Of a stretch of DNA of 64,000 nt, positions 46,053 to 57,400 are shown piece by piece (position 1 is the first letter of the stretch; every line of letters starts with the position of its first letter). The notes beneath the pieces were generated by a model. It was given only the letters and a program-made list of their open reading frames with translations, did no database searches and was not told where the DNA came from. The position numbers and the translations under genes are program-made. The DNA comes from an uncultured Planctomycetota bacterium. Its GTDB lineage: Bacteria > Planctomycetota > Planctomycetia > Isosphaerales > Isosphaeraceae. The stretch is taken from assembly GCA_963845755.1 (NCBI GenBank), contig CAWJTV010000034.1:736517-800516 (forward strand), given 5' to 3'.

Positions 46053-46717
46053 CCCGGCCCAGTCTGGCCCGAACGAGGTCGTCCTCTCGGTTCCGGAGAT
46101 CCGGGATTACCGGGCCATCAACGGCGAGGTGGTTCGCCTCCTCGACCAAGGTTGCCGCGCGATCCGCCTGACCGGTGCCGGAGGTCAGCGTCTCCTCGCC
46201 TCGGGACTCATCGGATCGTGGGCCGCCTCGATCGAAGTGGTCGGCGACGCAGGGCCGGAACTGGGCGCGGAAGTGGATGCCCCAAACCTGACGTTGATCT
46301 GTCGCGGTTCCGTCGGTGACGGAGGAGCGAGCGGGCTCATCGCGGGCCGTGTCCTGATCCTGGGCAGGGCGGGTGACGCGTTCGGCTATGGTCAACGCGG
46401 TGGTCTCGCCATGGTGGTCGGAACCGTCGGCGGCACGTTACGGACTCCGCCGGCGCGGGGGCGACCTCATCCTGATCGGCTGGGCGGGTCCGCTTTGCGG
46501 TGAGGGCCAGTCGGGCGGACGCCTGCTCACGCTCGGCGACCTGGGCCCGCATGCCGGGCGTGACCATCGTGGCGGACGCTTCATCCGTATCGATCCGACG
46601 GACCCGCTGGCCGATCCCGACGATCGCGCCGCGCTCGCGTCGGCGTACGAGGTCTTCCAGCCATGGCTGGGCCGGTCCGTTGAGGTATCGGCTCCCCGGA
46701 CGCGTCCGGATCATTGA
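46042..46717 (+). CDS. Stand-alone GXGXG (GltB C-terminal/FwdC-like) beta-helix protein (frameshift ~46435)
   Basis: GAGGQR, VVGDAGPELGA, GRAGDAFGYGQRGG repeats. Confidence 0.8.
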
Positions 46718-46732
46718 GCGGGGAACACATCC

Positions 46733-47203
46733 ATGATCACCATCCGCCCGGCAGCCGCGGTCCGATCGCTCGCGATTGCGGGCCTGTGCCTCTGGACCGC
46801 GGGCTGCTCGGAAGAGCTCGGCCCCGAGCCGATTCGGTTGACCATCGTCAAGGGTGTGGTTCGCGAGGGGACGCGTCCGGTGTCGCGGGGCTGGATCGAG
46901 TTCTATCCCGTGAATGGGACGGTCGGCAATCTCCGATCGGCTCGCCTGCATGCCGATGGTTCGTTCGAGGCCAGAGGTGTGGCCCTGGGCGAGAACCTCA
47001 TCCGACTGGAAAACGCCGCCATCGACTCGCCCGGCGCGGCCCAACTCTTCCGGTTGTATGGCTCGCCGATCCGCCGGATCATCGGGGATCAGCCGGGGGC
47101 GGTACCCCTGGACATCGATCTGGTCGAGGAGGCGATCCGCTATCAGCGGACTCACGGACGCGAGGCCCGGCCCGAACCATCCCCGCGGGGAGAGCCGCGA
47201 TGA
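46733..47203 (+). CDS. Lipoprotein (carboxypeptidase-regulatory-like fold)
   Basis: Lipobox TAGC; VKGVV...GWIEFYP. Confidence 0.75.
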   Translation: MITIRPAAAVRSLAIAGLCLWTAGCSEELGPEPIRLTIVKGVVREGTRPVSRGWIEFYPVNGTVGNLRSARLHADGSFEARGVALGENLIRLENAAIDSPGAAQLFRLYGSPIRRIIGDQPGAVPLDIDLVEEAIRYQRTHGREARPEPSPRGEPR

Positions 47204-48261
47204 GTCCTCCCGTCGGGACAACAGTACCCGCTTCTCCGCCCGGCGAAGCTCCGGTGCATTCGCGCGTTCATCTCCTGTATCGCGACGGCGCCGGCGACTT
47301 GCATCTGGACTTGCCGCTCTCTCAGATCGAGGCGGCGTTGGGAGATCCGACCGGCCTACTCTGGGTGGACTTCGAGGCCGTGGAAGACCCCGGGATCGCC
47401 GAGGTCCAGCACTGGCTCTGCGATGTCTTCCATTTCCATCCTCTGGCCGTCGAGGATGCGCTCCAGGAGACCCACCTCCCCAAGGTGGACGACTGGGGCG
47501 CTTACTTGTATCTGGTGTTTGATGTCCTCCGGATCAACCCGGACTCGGGGAACCTCGAGTTCCAGGAGCTGGATGTCTTCCTCGGCTCGAATTTCCTGGT
47601 CACTTACCACACGGCACCCCTGGAGATCCTCGACCGGAAACGGGCGAGCGTCCAGCGCGACCCGCGCGAACAGATGCGTCACGGTGCCGACCACCTCCTT
47701 TTCCGTCTCCTGGAACTGGCCGTCGATCAGTCGCTCGAAGTGATCGAACACCTCGACGAGCGCGTTGACCAGATCCAGAATAAGGTGATCGAGAATCCTC
47801 GTCCCGAAATCGTCCGCACGATCTTCCGGATCAAGCGATCGGCCATCCGGCTCCACAAGAGCCTGGGACCCCAGCGCGAGGTCCTCAACCGCCTGGCACG
47901 GGACTCCTATCCACCCGTCCGGGCCGAGAATCGCGTTTATTTCCGGGACCTGTACGATCACGTCGTCCGGATTCACGATATCTCCGAGAGCCTCCGCGAC
48001 CTGATCGCCGGTACGCTCGAGACCTATTTATCGGTCATCTCGAACCGGACCAACGAGATCATGAAAGTATTGACGATGGTCTCGGTGATGTTTCTGCCGA
48101 TGTCATTCCTGGCCGGCTTCTTCGGGATGAATTTCTTCGGCGAGTCGCTGGCGCTCAAGACCCCGATGGCCCGGGGCTTGCTCTTCCTGTTGACGTGCAC
48201 GATCATGGCAATATCCCCCTGCGCCATGTGGGTTTATGCGCGACGCCGGAAATGGTTTTGA
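47200..48261 (+). CDS. corA: Magnesium/cobalt transporter
   Basis: HPLAVED, NEIMKVLT, GFFGMNF. Confidence 0.93.
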   Translation: MSPPVGTTVPASPPGEAPVHSRVHLLYRDGAGDLHLDLPLSQIEAALGDPTGLLWVDFEAVEDPGIAEVQHWLCDVFHFHPLAVEDALQETHLPKVDDWGAYLYLVFDVLRINPDSGNLEFQELDVFLGSNFLVTYHTAPLEILDRKRASVQRDPREQMRHGADHLLFRLLELAVDQSLEVIEHLDERVDQIQNKVIENPRPEIVRTIFRIKRSAIRLHKSLGPQREVLNRLARDSYPPVRAENRVYFRDLYDHVVRIHDISESLRDLIAGTLETYLSVISNRTNEIMKVLTMVSVMFLPMSFLAGFFGMNFFGESLALKTPMARGLLFLLTCTIMAISPCAMWVYARRRKWF

Positions 48262-48306
48262 CGGCGTCGGAACCGATGTCGCGGCCGGACTGAGGGCTTG
48301 CCGACG

Positions 48307-50106
48307 ATGAAACCCCGATGGCGGGTGAAACCTCACGATCCCGTGCGGATCCTCGACCTGAGCCGAGGCTCGGGTCTCTCGCCGCTAGTGGCCCAGATCC
48401 TGCTGAATCGCGGGATCGACGACCCGTCGCGAGCCCGGTCGTTCCTCGAAGCCCGCATGTCCAGCCTGCACGACCCCGAGCTCCTGCCCGGTGCCGTGGA
48501 GGCGGCCGGCCGGATCGTCCGTGCGATCCAGGAAGGCCGCAAGATCGTCATCTACGGCGATTACGACGTGGACGGCGTGTGCGGCACCAGTATCCTCTGG
48601 TCCTGCCTCAGACTGGCCGGCTGTCGCAACATCTCCTACTACATCCCTCACCGGGTCGAGGAAGGCTACGGGGTCAACGCCGAGGCGCTCCGTCGTCTAA
48701 CCGTCGAGGGCCAGGCCGAGCTGATCATCACGGTCGATTGCGGAATCTCGGCCGTTCGCGAAGCGGCTCTGGCGCGGGAGCTGGGCGTCGAGTTGATAAT
48801 CACGGATCACCACACGATCGGCCCGAGCCTGCCGGATGCGGAGGTCGTCGTCCATCCGCGCCGGCCCGGAAGCGCGTATCCCAGTGGCGACCTCTGCGGG
48901 GCCGGCGTGGCGTTCAAGCTGGCGTGGCAGGTCTGCAAGGGGTTCGGGGATGGGAAGAAAGCCTCTCCGCACCTCCGAGATTACCTGGTTCGGGCCATGG
49001 GACTCGTGGCCCTGGCCACCATCGCCGACGTGGTCCCCCTCTCGGATGAGAACCGCGTCCTGGTTCGGCATGGGCTTGCCGGCATCGCCGGCGACCCCAG
49101 CGTCGGCTTGCGCGCGCTGCTGGAAGTCAGCGGGTGTCTCGACAAGAAGCGGCTCTCGTCGGGTACCGTCGGTTTCGTCATCGGCCCGCGGATCAATGCG
49201 GCCGGACGACTCGAGCGCGCCATGAGGGCCGTCGAGATGCTGACGACCGAGGACGCGAGCCTGGCAGGGGAGATCGCCCGGGAGCTCGACCAGTGCAACT
49301 CTCGCCGTCAGGAGGTCGAGCGGAAGATCTATGACGAAGCCCGGGCTATGATCGAGGGCTGGGGAGGCGTCAGCGATCGCCGCGCGATCGTGCTGGCCGC
49401 CAGGGGATGGCACCCCGGTGTCATCGGCATCGTCGCCAGCCGGCTGGTCGAGAACTATCACCGGCCAACCGTCGTACTGGCCATCGGGGAAACCGTCGCT
49501 CAAGGCTCGGCCCGCTCGATCCCCGGCTTCGACCTGTACGAGGCGATCAAGGATTGCTCGGAATCCCTCCTGACGTTTGGCGGTCATGCTGCCGCCGCGG
49601 GTCTGAAGGTCAAGGAGGATCTCGTCTCGACCTTCGCCGGTTTGTTCGAAGAACGTTGCCGGCGCACGATCTCGGCCGAGCAACTCGAGCGCGTCTTGAC
49701 GATCGACGCCGAGGTGCCCCTCGGCGTCCTGAGCGTTCGTGTCGTCGAAGAGATGGACAAGCTCGAGCCATTCGGAGTGGGCAATCCGAAACCTCTGCTC
49801 CTCTCCAGCCCGCTCCAGGTCATCGGCCAGCCCCGCATCGTCGGCGAGCACAAGAACCATCTCCAGCTCCGATTCAAACAGGGCGACGTCATCCTGAAAG
49901 CGATCGGCTGGAACCTGGCCGAACGGGGCCAGGCCCTGAGCGCGGGCTCGATCTGTTCCGTCGTGTTTCATCCGTCGATCAACGAGTGGAATAATCGCCG
50001 CGAGGTGCAGCTCGAGATCCGGGACTTCGCCCTGGAAACACCGGAAAACCCGATCGATCGCCGGCTGGAGCCGGCGGCGAGCGGCATGTCCTCGGGAAGC
50101 ATGTAG
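48307..50106 (+). CDS. recJ: ssDNA-specific exonuclease
   Basis: YGDYDVDG, TVDCG, TDHH, PRINAAGRL, GGHAAAAG. Confidence 0.96.
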   Translation: MKPRWRVKPHDPVRILDLSRGSGLSPLVAQILLNRGIDDPSRARSFLEARMSSLHDPELLPGAVEAAGRIVRAIQEGRKIVIYGDYDVDGVCGTSILWSCLRLAGCRNISYYIPHRVEEGYGVNAEALRRLTVEGQAELIITVDCGISAVREAALARELGVELIITDHHTIGPSLPDAEVVVHPRRPGSAYPSGDLCGAGVAFKLAWQVCKGFGDGKKASPHLRDYLVRAMGLVALATIADVVPLSDENRVLVRHGLAGIAGDPSVGLRALLEVSGCLDKKRLSSGTVGFVIGPRINAAGRLERAMRAVEMLTTEDASLAGEIARELDQCNSRRQEVERKIYDEARAMIEGWGGVSDRRAIVLAARGWHPGVIGIVASRLVENYHRPTVVLAIGETVAQGSARSIPGFDLYEAIKDCSESLLTFGGHAAAAGLKVKEDLVSTFAGLFEERCRRTISAEQLERVLTIDAEVPLGVLSVRVVEEMDKLEPFGVGNPKPLLLSSPLQVIGQPRIVGEHKNHLQLRFKQGDVILKAIGWNLAERGQALSAGSICSVVFHPSINEWNNRREVQLEIRDFALETPENPIDRRLEPAASGMSSGSM

Positions 50107-50139
50107 GCGCGCCGGGCTCGGGTCTCTTGACCACTACAA

Positions 50140-50424
50140 TGAACATTCTCGAAGACTGGCAAGGCCCTGTGAACCAGGGACATCGCCCTCGACTCCTTCG
50201 ACGGCACCCATGGGGCCCTTCCTCGTGCGGATGGAGTAACCATTGACGCCAACGGGAATCTCTCTGGCACGCCCTTCACCAGGGGGGATGATGACGCTGG
50301 CGCGGAGTGGGATATCGCGGTTACCGTCCCCGAGCCGTTGTCGCTCGGCCTGAGCGGGATCGGCCTGGCCGTCGTCGCCGTCCTGGGGAAACGTCATCGG
50401 CTCCGCAGTATTGGTCGTTCATAG
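50140..50424 (+). pseudogene. 3' remnant of a PEP-CTERM surface protein
   Basis: ...SFDGTHGA(fs)...GVTIDANGNLSGT...VPEPLSLGLSGIGLAVVAVLGKRHR*; no full-length gene. Confidence 0.65.
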
Positions 50425-50456
50425 GGGCCATCCGGGATCCCATTTCGAAACACCTG

Positions 50457-50856
50457 ACGCGGCCGTTTGACCGCAAGCAAAGCGAGGTTCCGGATTCCGG
50501 ATTCCCAATTCCGGATTCCGGATGAAGAAGGATTCGGGAATCTGGAGTCTGGAATCCGGAATTGGGAATCTCGAATCGGGAATCTCGAATCGGGAATCTC
50601 GAATCGGGAATCTCGAATCGGGAATCTCGAATCGGGAATCTCGAATCGGGAATCTCGAATCGGGAATCTCGAATCGGGAATCTCGAATCGGGAATCTCGA
50701 ATCGGGAATCTCGAATCGGGAATCTCGAATCGGGAATCTCGAATCGGGAATCTCGAATCGGGAATCTCGAATCGGGAATCCGAATCGGGATCTGAATAAT
50801 CCGGAATCAAGGATCCCCCAGATGCGCAGGGCTCAAGGATCCTACCGAGGAAGACT
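50457..50856 (-). mobile_element. Diverged inverted copy of the 7511-type element with expanded interior
   Basis: rc ends AGTCTTCCTCGGTAGGATCC and GCTTGCGGTCAAACGGCCGCGT match the family ends. Confidence 0.7.
50564..50773 (+). repeat. Tandem repeat, 15 perfect copies of GGGAATCTCGAATC
   Basis: Direct count; degenerate units on both flanks. Confidence 0.95.
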
Positions 50857-51076
50857 CGAGGCTTTTTCCGGGACTGCGCCCGGAACAAGTGGCCCCTGCT
50901 GGCAGTCCGGCCATCCGGATCGAGAACCGAGCACCTCCTACAAAAGACCGAGCCAGCGAGCCCCATATGGGCCTGGCTGGTGCCTACGCTGACCTCGCGT
51001 CTCCGGTGGGTGACGGCGATCGGGCCGGCCCAGGAGCGACTGCTCAGACCGGTGCCGGGCGGTCCTGTCTGCGGCG

Positions 51077-51625
51077 TTAGGGGCGGCGCCAGAGGACGGT
51101 CAAACCGTGGTTGGTCGGACGGTGCTCCAGTAGGCACCACGTCGGGTCGTGACGAACGAACGCGGCGATGGCCGGCCAGAGCCCCTCGCCACCGTCCTCT
51201 CCTTCCTCGCCGTAGGTTTCCGTGTCATGAAGGATCAGATAACGCCGCACTCTCGCTCCGGCAACCGCGAGCTCGGCCTCGAGTTGTTGGAATGTGTGGA
51301 GGGTGTCGATGAAAAGCAGGTCTGTCGGCTCCGGGTCGGCGTGGCGCGTATCTTCCTCGCGGAATGAGAAGTCCACTCCTTGCAGTTGCGCCAGTCGTTC
51401 GAGCTCGGCGACCTCCGGAAGGCGGCACCAGTCATAAGCGACCAGGCGTTCGGGGACGGCCCGGAGCAGCGCCAGCGTGGAGACTCCCCGGCGCGTGCCG
51501 AACTCGGTCACGTGCGAGCAGCAACCGGCGTATCGGTAGAGGGTGGGCAGATGCTGGTGGATATCGCTGACCATCGTACACGCCTTCCGGTACGCGGTCG
51601 CCAGTTCCGGATGGATTCGGGTCAT
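51077..51625 (-). CDS. Class I SAM-dependent methyltransferase (Methyltransf_24-like)
   Basis: VTEFGTRRGVST, LLFIDTLHT, ILHDT. Confidence 0.85.
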   Translation of the reverse strand: MTRIHPELATAYRKACTMVSDIHQHLPTLYRYAGCCSHVTEFGTRRGVSTLALLRAVPERLVAYDWCRLPEVAELERLAQLQGVDFSFREEDTRHADPEPTDLLFIDTLHTFQQLEAELAVAGARVRRYLILHDTETYGEEGEDGGEGLWPAIAAFVRHDPTWCLLEHRPTNHGLTVLWRRP

Positions 51626-51686
51626 GTCCGTCCCCTACGGGCCTCGGCGCGCGGTTCGAGAGTGCCGGACTCGTCACGAATTCCTC

Positions 51687-53809
51687 TTACGCCGGCCCGT
51701 CCTTGCAAAGGTAGAAGACGTGCTCCCGGCCGAACGGCGAGTCGGTCGGCACGTTCTCTTCCAGCCGGAATGGCACACCGCGGAACTCGCGGACGAGGTC
51801 CCCGCGGCAAAAGCGGATCTCGGGGAGCGAAGTGCCCGCGGCGGGCCCCTCCACGCGGTGGTGCTCCTCGGTGGCTCGGACGAACGGTGTGGATACGACC
51901 AGGACCATGCGGCGGCGGAAAGACGCCAGGGCGTTGCGCAGGACGCCCCGCCAGTGCAAGTTGTGCTCCAGCACGTGCCGCAGAAAGAGGCCGTCGGTCG
52001 TCGAGGTGTAGCCGACCAGGTCGGCGGTCTGGTCGCAGGCGGCGGACGGGTCGCGATCGATGCCCCTGTAGAAGCCCGTCGGGATGAATCGCTTGAAGTA
52101 GGCCGTGCCGCAGCCCCAGTCCTCAACCCGGCCGACATCGGCCAGGTAGGCCGCCCCGCGCTTGTAAGTCGTGTCGCAGCCAGCCCGTCGCGGACGGGCC
52201 GGTCGGTCGTGCCCGTCCCCCGGCTCACCTGCGCCGCCCGCCCAGGCGCGGCATCGTGACACTTCCGTGGCCACGAGGGCCGCGTAATCCTGCCGCCAGT
52301 GCGGGCGCAGCGTGAACGCTCCGGCCGCGGCCGCGGCCGCCCCGACGGAATCATACAGACCCTGCATGTCCTCGCGGCCCGAGAGATGACAGGGGCTCAC
52401 ATCCCATCGATAGACGTAGTACCATTCCGGCACCGGTAGCGGCTCCTCCTCGACCCGGCAGCAAACGCGTGGATGGCCGGTCAGTCGCTGGTCCATCTCC
52501 TTGTCCTGCGAGCCGGTCACGATCGGGTAGCCGTCCACGGTTTCCCAGGCGCGCCGACGGAACAGCGACAGGTTGTGCCCCACCCCCATCGCGTGGTCGC
52601 TGCGCAGGCCGTGACGATCCAGGTACCAGTAGCGAGCCGGGTTGTAGTAGTCGCGCTCGCCGAGTCGCTCACGCGACAGCTCCAGCCGGTGGGGCAGGCT
52701 GATATCGTCGTCTTCCCAGGGGGCCAGGAGGCTGCCGGCGGCCAGGGACACCAGCGCGTTGTACTTCTCGCCCAGCGTGCGGAAACGCTGCGGGTGGTTG
52801 ACGACCCTCACGCGTGGGTGGTCGAACACCACTTGCTGGTCAGGGTGGTCGTTGAGGATCAGCAGCTCGCTATGAACGTCCGTCTGGCGCAGGAAAGACT
52901 CGACGGTTTCCTCGAGCAAGTGCTGCCAGGGGGAGCCGCAGCGGCCGAATGTGGGGCACAGGCAACTGATCAGCGGCGGCGCCGCGCGAACCGTCGTCGG
53001 TAGCACGGCGTCGGCGACGCGCAGGGCCTGGACGACTTCGGCCTCGCTGGCGCCGGCGCGGAAGTGCTCCAGCACCGGAGTCTCGTCCAGGCCGACCTCG
53101 CGGTGGCCGATCAGGTAGTTCGTCATCCGGTCGCGCAGGCGCATCGGGTAGGGCACGCCCGCGGGCCGGCCGAAACGGTGAATCCAGCGCAACCACGGCA
53201 AGCAGAGGCAGCGCCGGCCGAGGTTGCGGAACTTCTGGTGGATGTAACCTTCCTCGCCGCCGAAGCCGCGGAACGCGGGGTGAAAACCGGGCCACGCCGC
53301 CTTGCGGCACGAGAAAAGGCCCAGGCCCTGCATCGGGATCTCGAAGCCCTCATCGTCGCGCCCTGCCGCGCCCGCGGGTCCACCGCCCAGGTCCCCCACA
53401 TCTGGTCCTTCCAGACCGGCTCGAGATGGGACGCGACCCGCTCGAGGTCGTCGTCCACCAGCGGGCCCTGGAGCAGGTCCAGGCAGTCGGGGTGCTCGCG
53501 ATAGAACCGCTTGAGCCGCCGGAGCACTCCCTCGTCCAGCAGCACGTGACTATCGATGCAAAGCACGCTTTCGCCTTGGGCCTCGCGAAAGACCAGGTCG
53601 CGGGGTGCCGACGTGCCCACGGGCTGCGACGCCAGGATGTAGCGCCCCTTCACCGACCTCTCCACAAAGGCCCGCGTTGACTCACAGCCGAAATTGTCCA
53701 CGACCACAACCTCGACTCCGTCCATGTCCTGGTAGAGCCGCAGCGCCTGGAGCGTGAAGTAGACGCCGTCGAAGTCGCGATAGGTCGCCATTCCGACCGT
53801 GAGTTCCAT
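51687..53809 (-). CDS. Multidomain GT2-like + GT2-like + methyltransferase-like protein (frameshift ~53370)
   Basis: LTVGMATY..VVVDN..CIDSH..FGGEEG; ISCLCPTFGR..WEDDD; EDWGCG..LRHVLEH. Confidence 0.8.
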
Positions 53810-53864
53810 GACCGCACCCTCGGGCGCACCTCATTTCGATACGAGCGGCTGCGACAGGATGAGT

Positions 53865-54260
53865 CTAGAATTTCGGCGTGGTCGTCAGCGGATGAGTGGG
53901 AGTCCCCGTCGATCCCCCGGACGCGACCCGGAAATAGCGAAGGGAAAAATGGGTGGTGGCGCCGGCATCGTCGGTCACCGACAGATTCACGGTGTTGATG
54001 CCTCCCGTCGTTTCCCCGGGGTCGCCGCCGAGATGGAACTGGAGCGAGAGCGGATTCTGGCCCGAGATGCCCGCGAAGTCCCGAGCGGAGCCGTTGATGA
54101 GCAGTTTCTGATCGGTGATCCGCGTCGCCGGGGTGAAGGGGTACACCTCGACGGTCACCGGCATCGGAGTGCCGTCGAAAAAGGAATCAATCAGGTCGTC
54201 GGGGCCAGGATCGAAGTATCTCGCCACCGACGGACCGACCAGGCGCATCAGCGCCGACAT
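53865..54260 (-). CDS. Small beta-rich protein with Thr/Pro-rich C-terminal tail
   Basis: GGAGGG RBS; LSVTDDAGAT (Ig/PKD-like); ends STGTPTHPLTTTPKF. Confidence 0.75.
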   Translation of the reverse strand: MSALMRLVGPSVARYFDPGPDDLIDSFFDGTPMPVTVEVYPFTPATRITDQKLLINGSARDFAGISGQNPLSLQFHLGGDPGETTGGINTVNLSVTDDAGATTHFSLRYFRVASGGSTGTPTHPLTTTPKF

Positions 54261-54492
54261 GGCTCAGCCCTCCCCGGAACCTCCGCCGCGGCGGAGCGCC
54301 CCGGCGATCCCGGGGCAGCATCGGACCCGTTCCCGTTCGTTCCGGGAACGCCCCGGGCGGGAAACCAGACTTTTCGGAATCCAAGTGTACGGCCCCGCGC
54401 CCGACAATGCAACCGTCCATCGGGGATCCCTTGCGCGGTTGCGCGGCCGGACGCGGGGCGGCGAGGGCGCGACTGCGTCCCATCGTTAAGGT

Positions 54493-57400
54493 TCAGGGCA
54501 TGGTCTGAACCGGCCGGAAGCCCACGTCGCCGCCCCGATCCCACGGTGCCAGGTAATTGCCTTCCGAGGATTGGATGGTCAGCGGCCCGTGCCCGAAGGC
54601 GCCACCCCGAAAGATCCGTGAGGTCGCGTCGTTGACGATACCGGCCGACGCGTCCGGCCCGCCCTCAGCCACGCGGCCTTGCCGGTCCTGGCACCATTCC
54701 CAGGCGTTGCCGTGCATATCGAAGAGACCCAGGTCGTTGGGCCGCAGCGTCCCGACCGGGTGCAGCCGGCTCCACGCGTTGCTGAGACACCAGGCGTACT
54801 TCGGTAACAGGTCTTCGGCCTCGCCGAGCGACCAGCGCGTCACGCTGCCGGCGCGGCAGGCGTACTCCCACTCGTTCGTCGTCGGCAGCCGGTACCCGGA
54901 CCGGGTCCGGAAATCGGCAACCACCTTCATCCCCTGAGCATACTGACCCTTCTCGTTGGGCACGTAACACCACTGCTCCTTCGGGATGCCCTCCTGCTCG
55001 CTCAGCCAGTTGCAGTAGGCCGCCGCGTCGTACCACGTCACCTCATGGGCCGGGCAGTCGTCGGTCCGGGCGAAGGAATCGGGAGTGACCGGGACCTTGC
55101 GGAAGCGGCGGAATTCGGCGATGGTCACTTCGCGGCGCCGAGATGGCGAGGGCGTGATCGATCCGGAGCTGGGTTCGCCCCTCCCCCGATCCTCGCTGAA
55201 TCCGACCCGGCGGGACGAGGACCATCGTCTGGCCCTGGCCATTGACGAACCAGCGTCGAGGACCGCCCGACCTCGCGCCGGCCGCGGCGCGGTCGATCTC
55301 CGCCAGGCGCCCCTGTTGCCCCCAATGGCGCAGCAACCAGTTGACCGCCCCATGGACTCCCGGGTCAGGGTCGTTCTGGTAAAGCGCGACGAGCCCCGTG
55401 GCCAGTCTCTCCCGTTCCGAGGGCGGCAGGCGGTCTTCGTCGAACTCCCCGAGCGCCAGCAGGGCGGCCCGACGGACCGAGACATCACCGTCCCCCATGA
55501 GCAGGGCTTTCACCCCCGCGGCCGCGGCCCCGCCCCGTCCCAGGCGGTCGATCAGGTAGCTACGCAGCGTCGGATCGGGAGCGTGCTGTAGCAAAGGAAT
55601 GGCGCGTTGCCAACGCCCGAGGGAAGCGAGGGCCGCCGCCGCGTTGGCCCGCCGCCGCTGCCGGGTCTGGCGGACATCCAGGTCGGCCGCCGGTTCGCCC
55701 TCCCCGGCCGCTTCCTTCTCCAGGGAAACGAAGGCGTCCGGCAGACCCTCGGCGTAGTCGCCGAAGACACCGGTCATCGTGCGGCGGCCGGCCGCATCGA
55801 GCCCGTCCTCCACGAGGAGGGCGGCCAGGGGAGACAGCAGGTGTCGGCGCACCGGCCGCAACGCACCCGCCCAGCGCGCCAGTGACAGGCCGTCCTCCGC
55901 CATCAGCCGTGCCGCGACGTCACGATTGACGTCCTGCCACCGCGCATCGTCCGGGGCGTACTCCGCCAGCGCGCAGGCCGCGCGCAGGCGCTCGCCCGGC
56001 AGATTCTTGCGATTCCCCAGAACTTCCCAGAACCGCGCGCTGACTTCCGCCTCGTGCGGCTGCAAGGCCCGGCGAATGACCAGCACCTCCTGCGGGCCGG
56101 CGGTCAACAGCCTCTCGCGGAGGTAGCCAACCTGTTCCCGCGACACCGGCAGCAGGCCCAGACTGGCGTGCAATTGTCGCCGCGGATCATGGCGGGCTTT
56201 GGCGTCCTCGTAGGCCCCGCGCAAGGGACCGTCGAGCCAGCGTCGGTATGGGCCCATTTCGCCCACGATTTCCGGCACGTCCTCGGTCGCGGCCTCGAGC
56301 AGGCGATTCTGCAAGCCCTGGGCGCGTTGTCGGCCGTAACCCTCTCGGGCGATCACGAGCAGCAGTGCCAGGCCGGCCGATAGCAGCAATCCTCTCGTCG
56401 CGTGGTGGCGGGCGGCCCGTCGCATCATCGTCCGCTGCGGCGTCGTCCAGTCCCGAGGTCGCGTGAGCAGGCGGAGGGCCAGCCATTCCCACCACGGAGG
56501 TAGGAAGCGGTTCTCCGGCTGGCCGCTCCACAGGGCGGTTTGCTCGGCCAGGCGCAGCTCGGCCCGCCCGCGCCGGGTCTCCCGCAGCTTCCGCGTGAGC
56601 CAGTCCCGCAACGACGGCACCAGGTAGTCGTGCGTGAGCTGGTAGTAGCTCGGCACGCGCGTTCGACTCGGTCCCGGACGGGCCCGATGCCGAAGGCCCC
56701 GGCTGGCCGTTCGGCGGCGCCCCTCCGCCTCGTTCACCATCCCCGCGAGATCGGTCGGTGTGATCAGGCGCAGCTCGGCGTCCAGGATGTGGAGCAGGTC
56801 CTCGAACGCCCGCGGTCGGTCCGCGTAGCCCGAGAGCCGCAACAGCTCGTCCTCGGAACGCATATGCCCCTTGATGTCGGTCCCGGAGTTGGGCAGCAGC
56901 GCTTTCAGGATCGCCCGCGCCGCCTCCTGGTGGTAGCGGTGCTCGGGAGGCGCGTCGGCGGCGCTGAAAGTTTCTTCCAGGAAGGTGGCGCCCACTCCGA
57001 GCGTGCCTCCCACCCCGCGCAGTGATGCCGGCGTCCAGGCTCGGTCCTTCATCATCTGGGCGAACAGGGCCAGCCGGACGCAGATCACTTTCCCTTCCTG
57101 GGACAGGCCCGAGACCGCTTGCTCCACGAAATGCCGCTGCTCGCGGCCCAGGTTCCCGGGGACATCGGGCAGTGCGCCGAAGGCCCGCCCGAAGGCGGCG
57201 AGCACCTTCTCGGCGTGGCGCACCGGGAACAGGTCCACGGCCGCGGAGTTGCGCCCCTCGACCAGCGGGACCTCCAGCTCCCCCATGAATCGCGTCGCCG
57301 CCATCCAGAAATCGTCCCGGACCAGGACCAGGCACTGGACCCGTCCCCCGTCGCACTGCCGCAGCGCCTCGACCAGCTCGCCCTCGGGCGACTCTCGCCG

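Noticed and set aside
50564..50773. CRISPR array or repeat protein (ESGISNRESRIGNL ORFs)
   Set aside because: Contiguous identical 14-mers with no spacers and no cas genes; the ORFs are by-products of the repeat.
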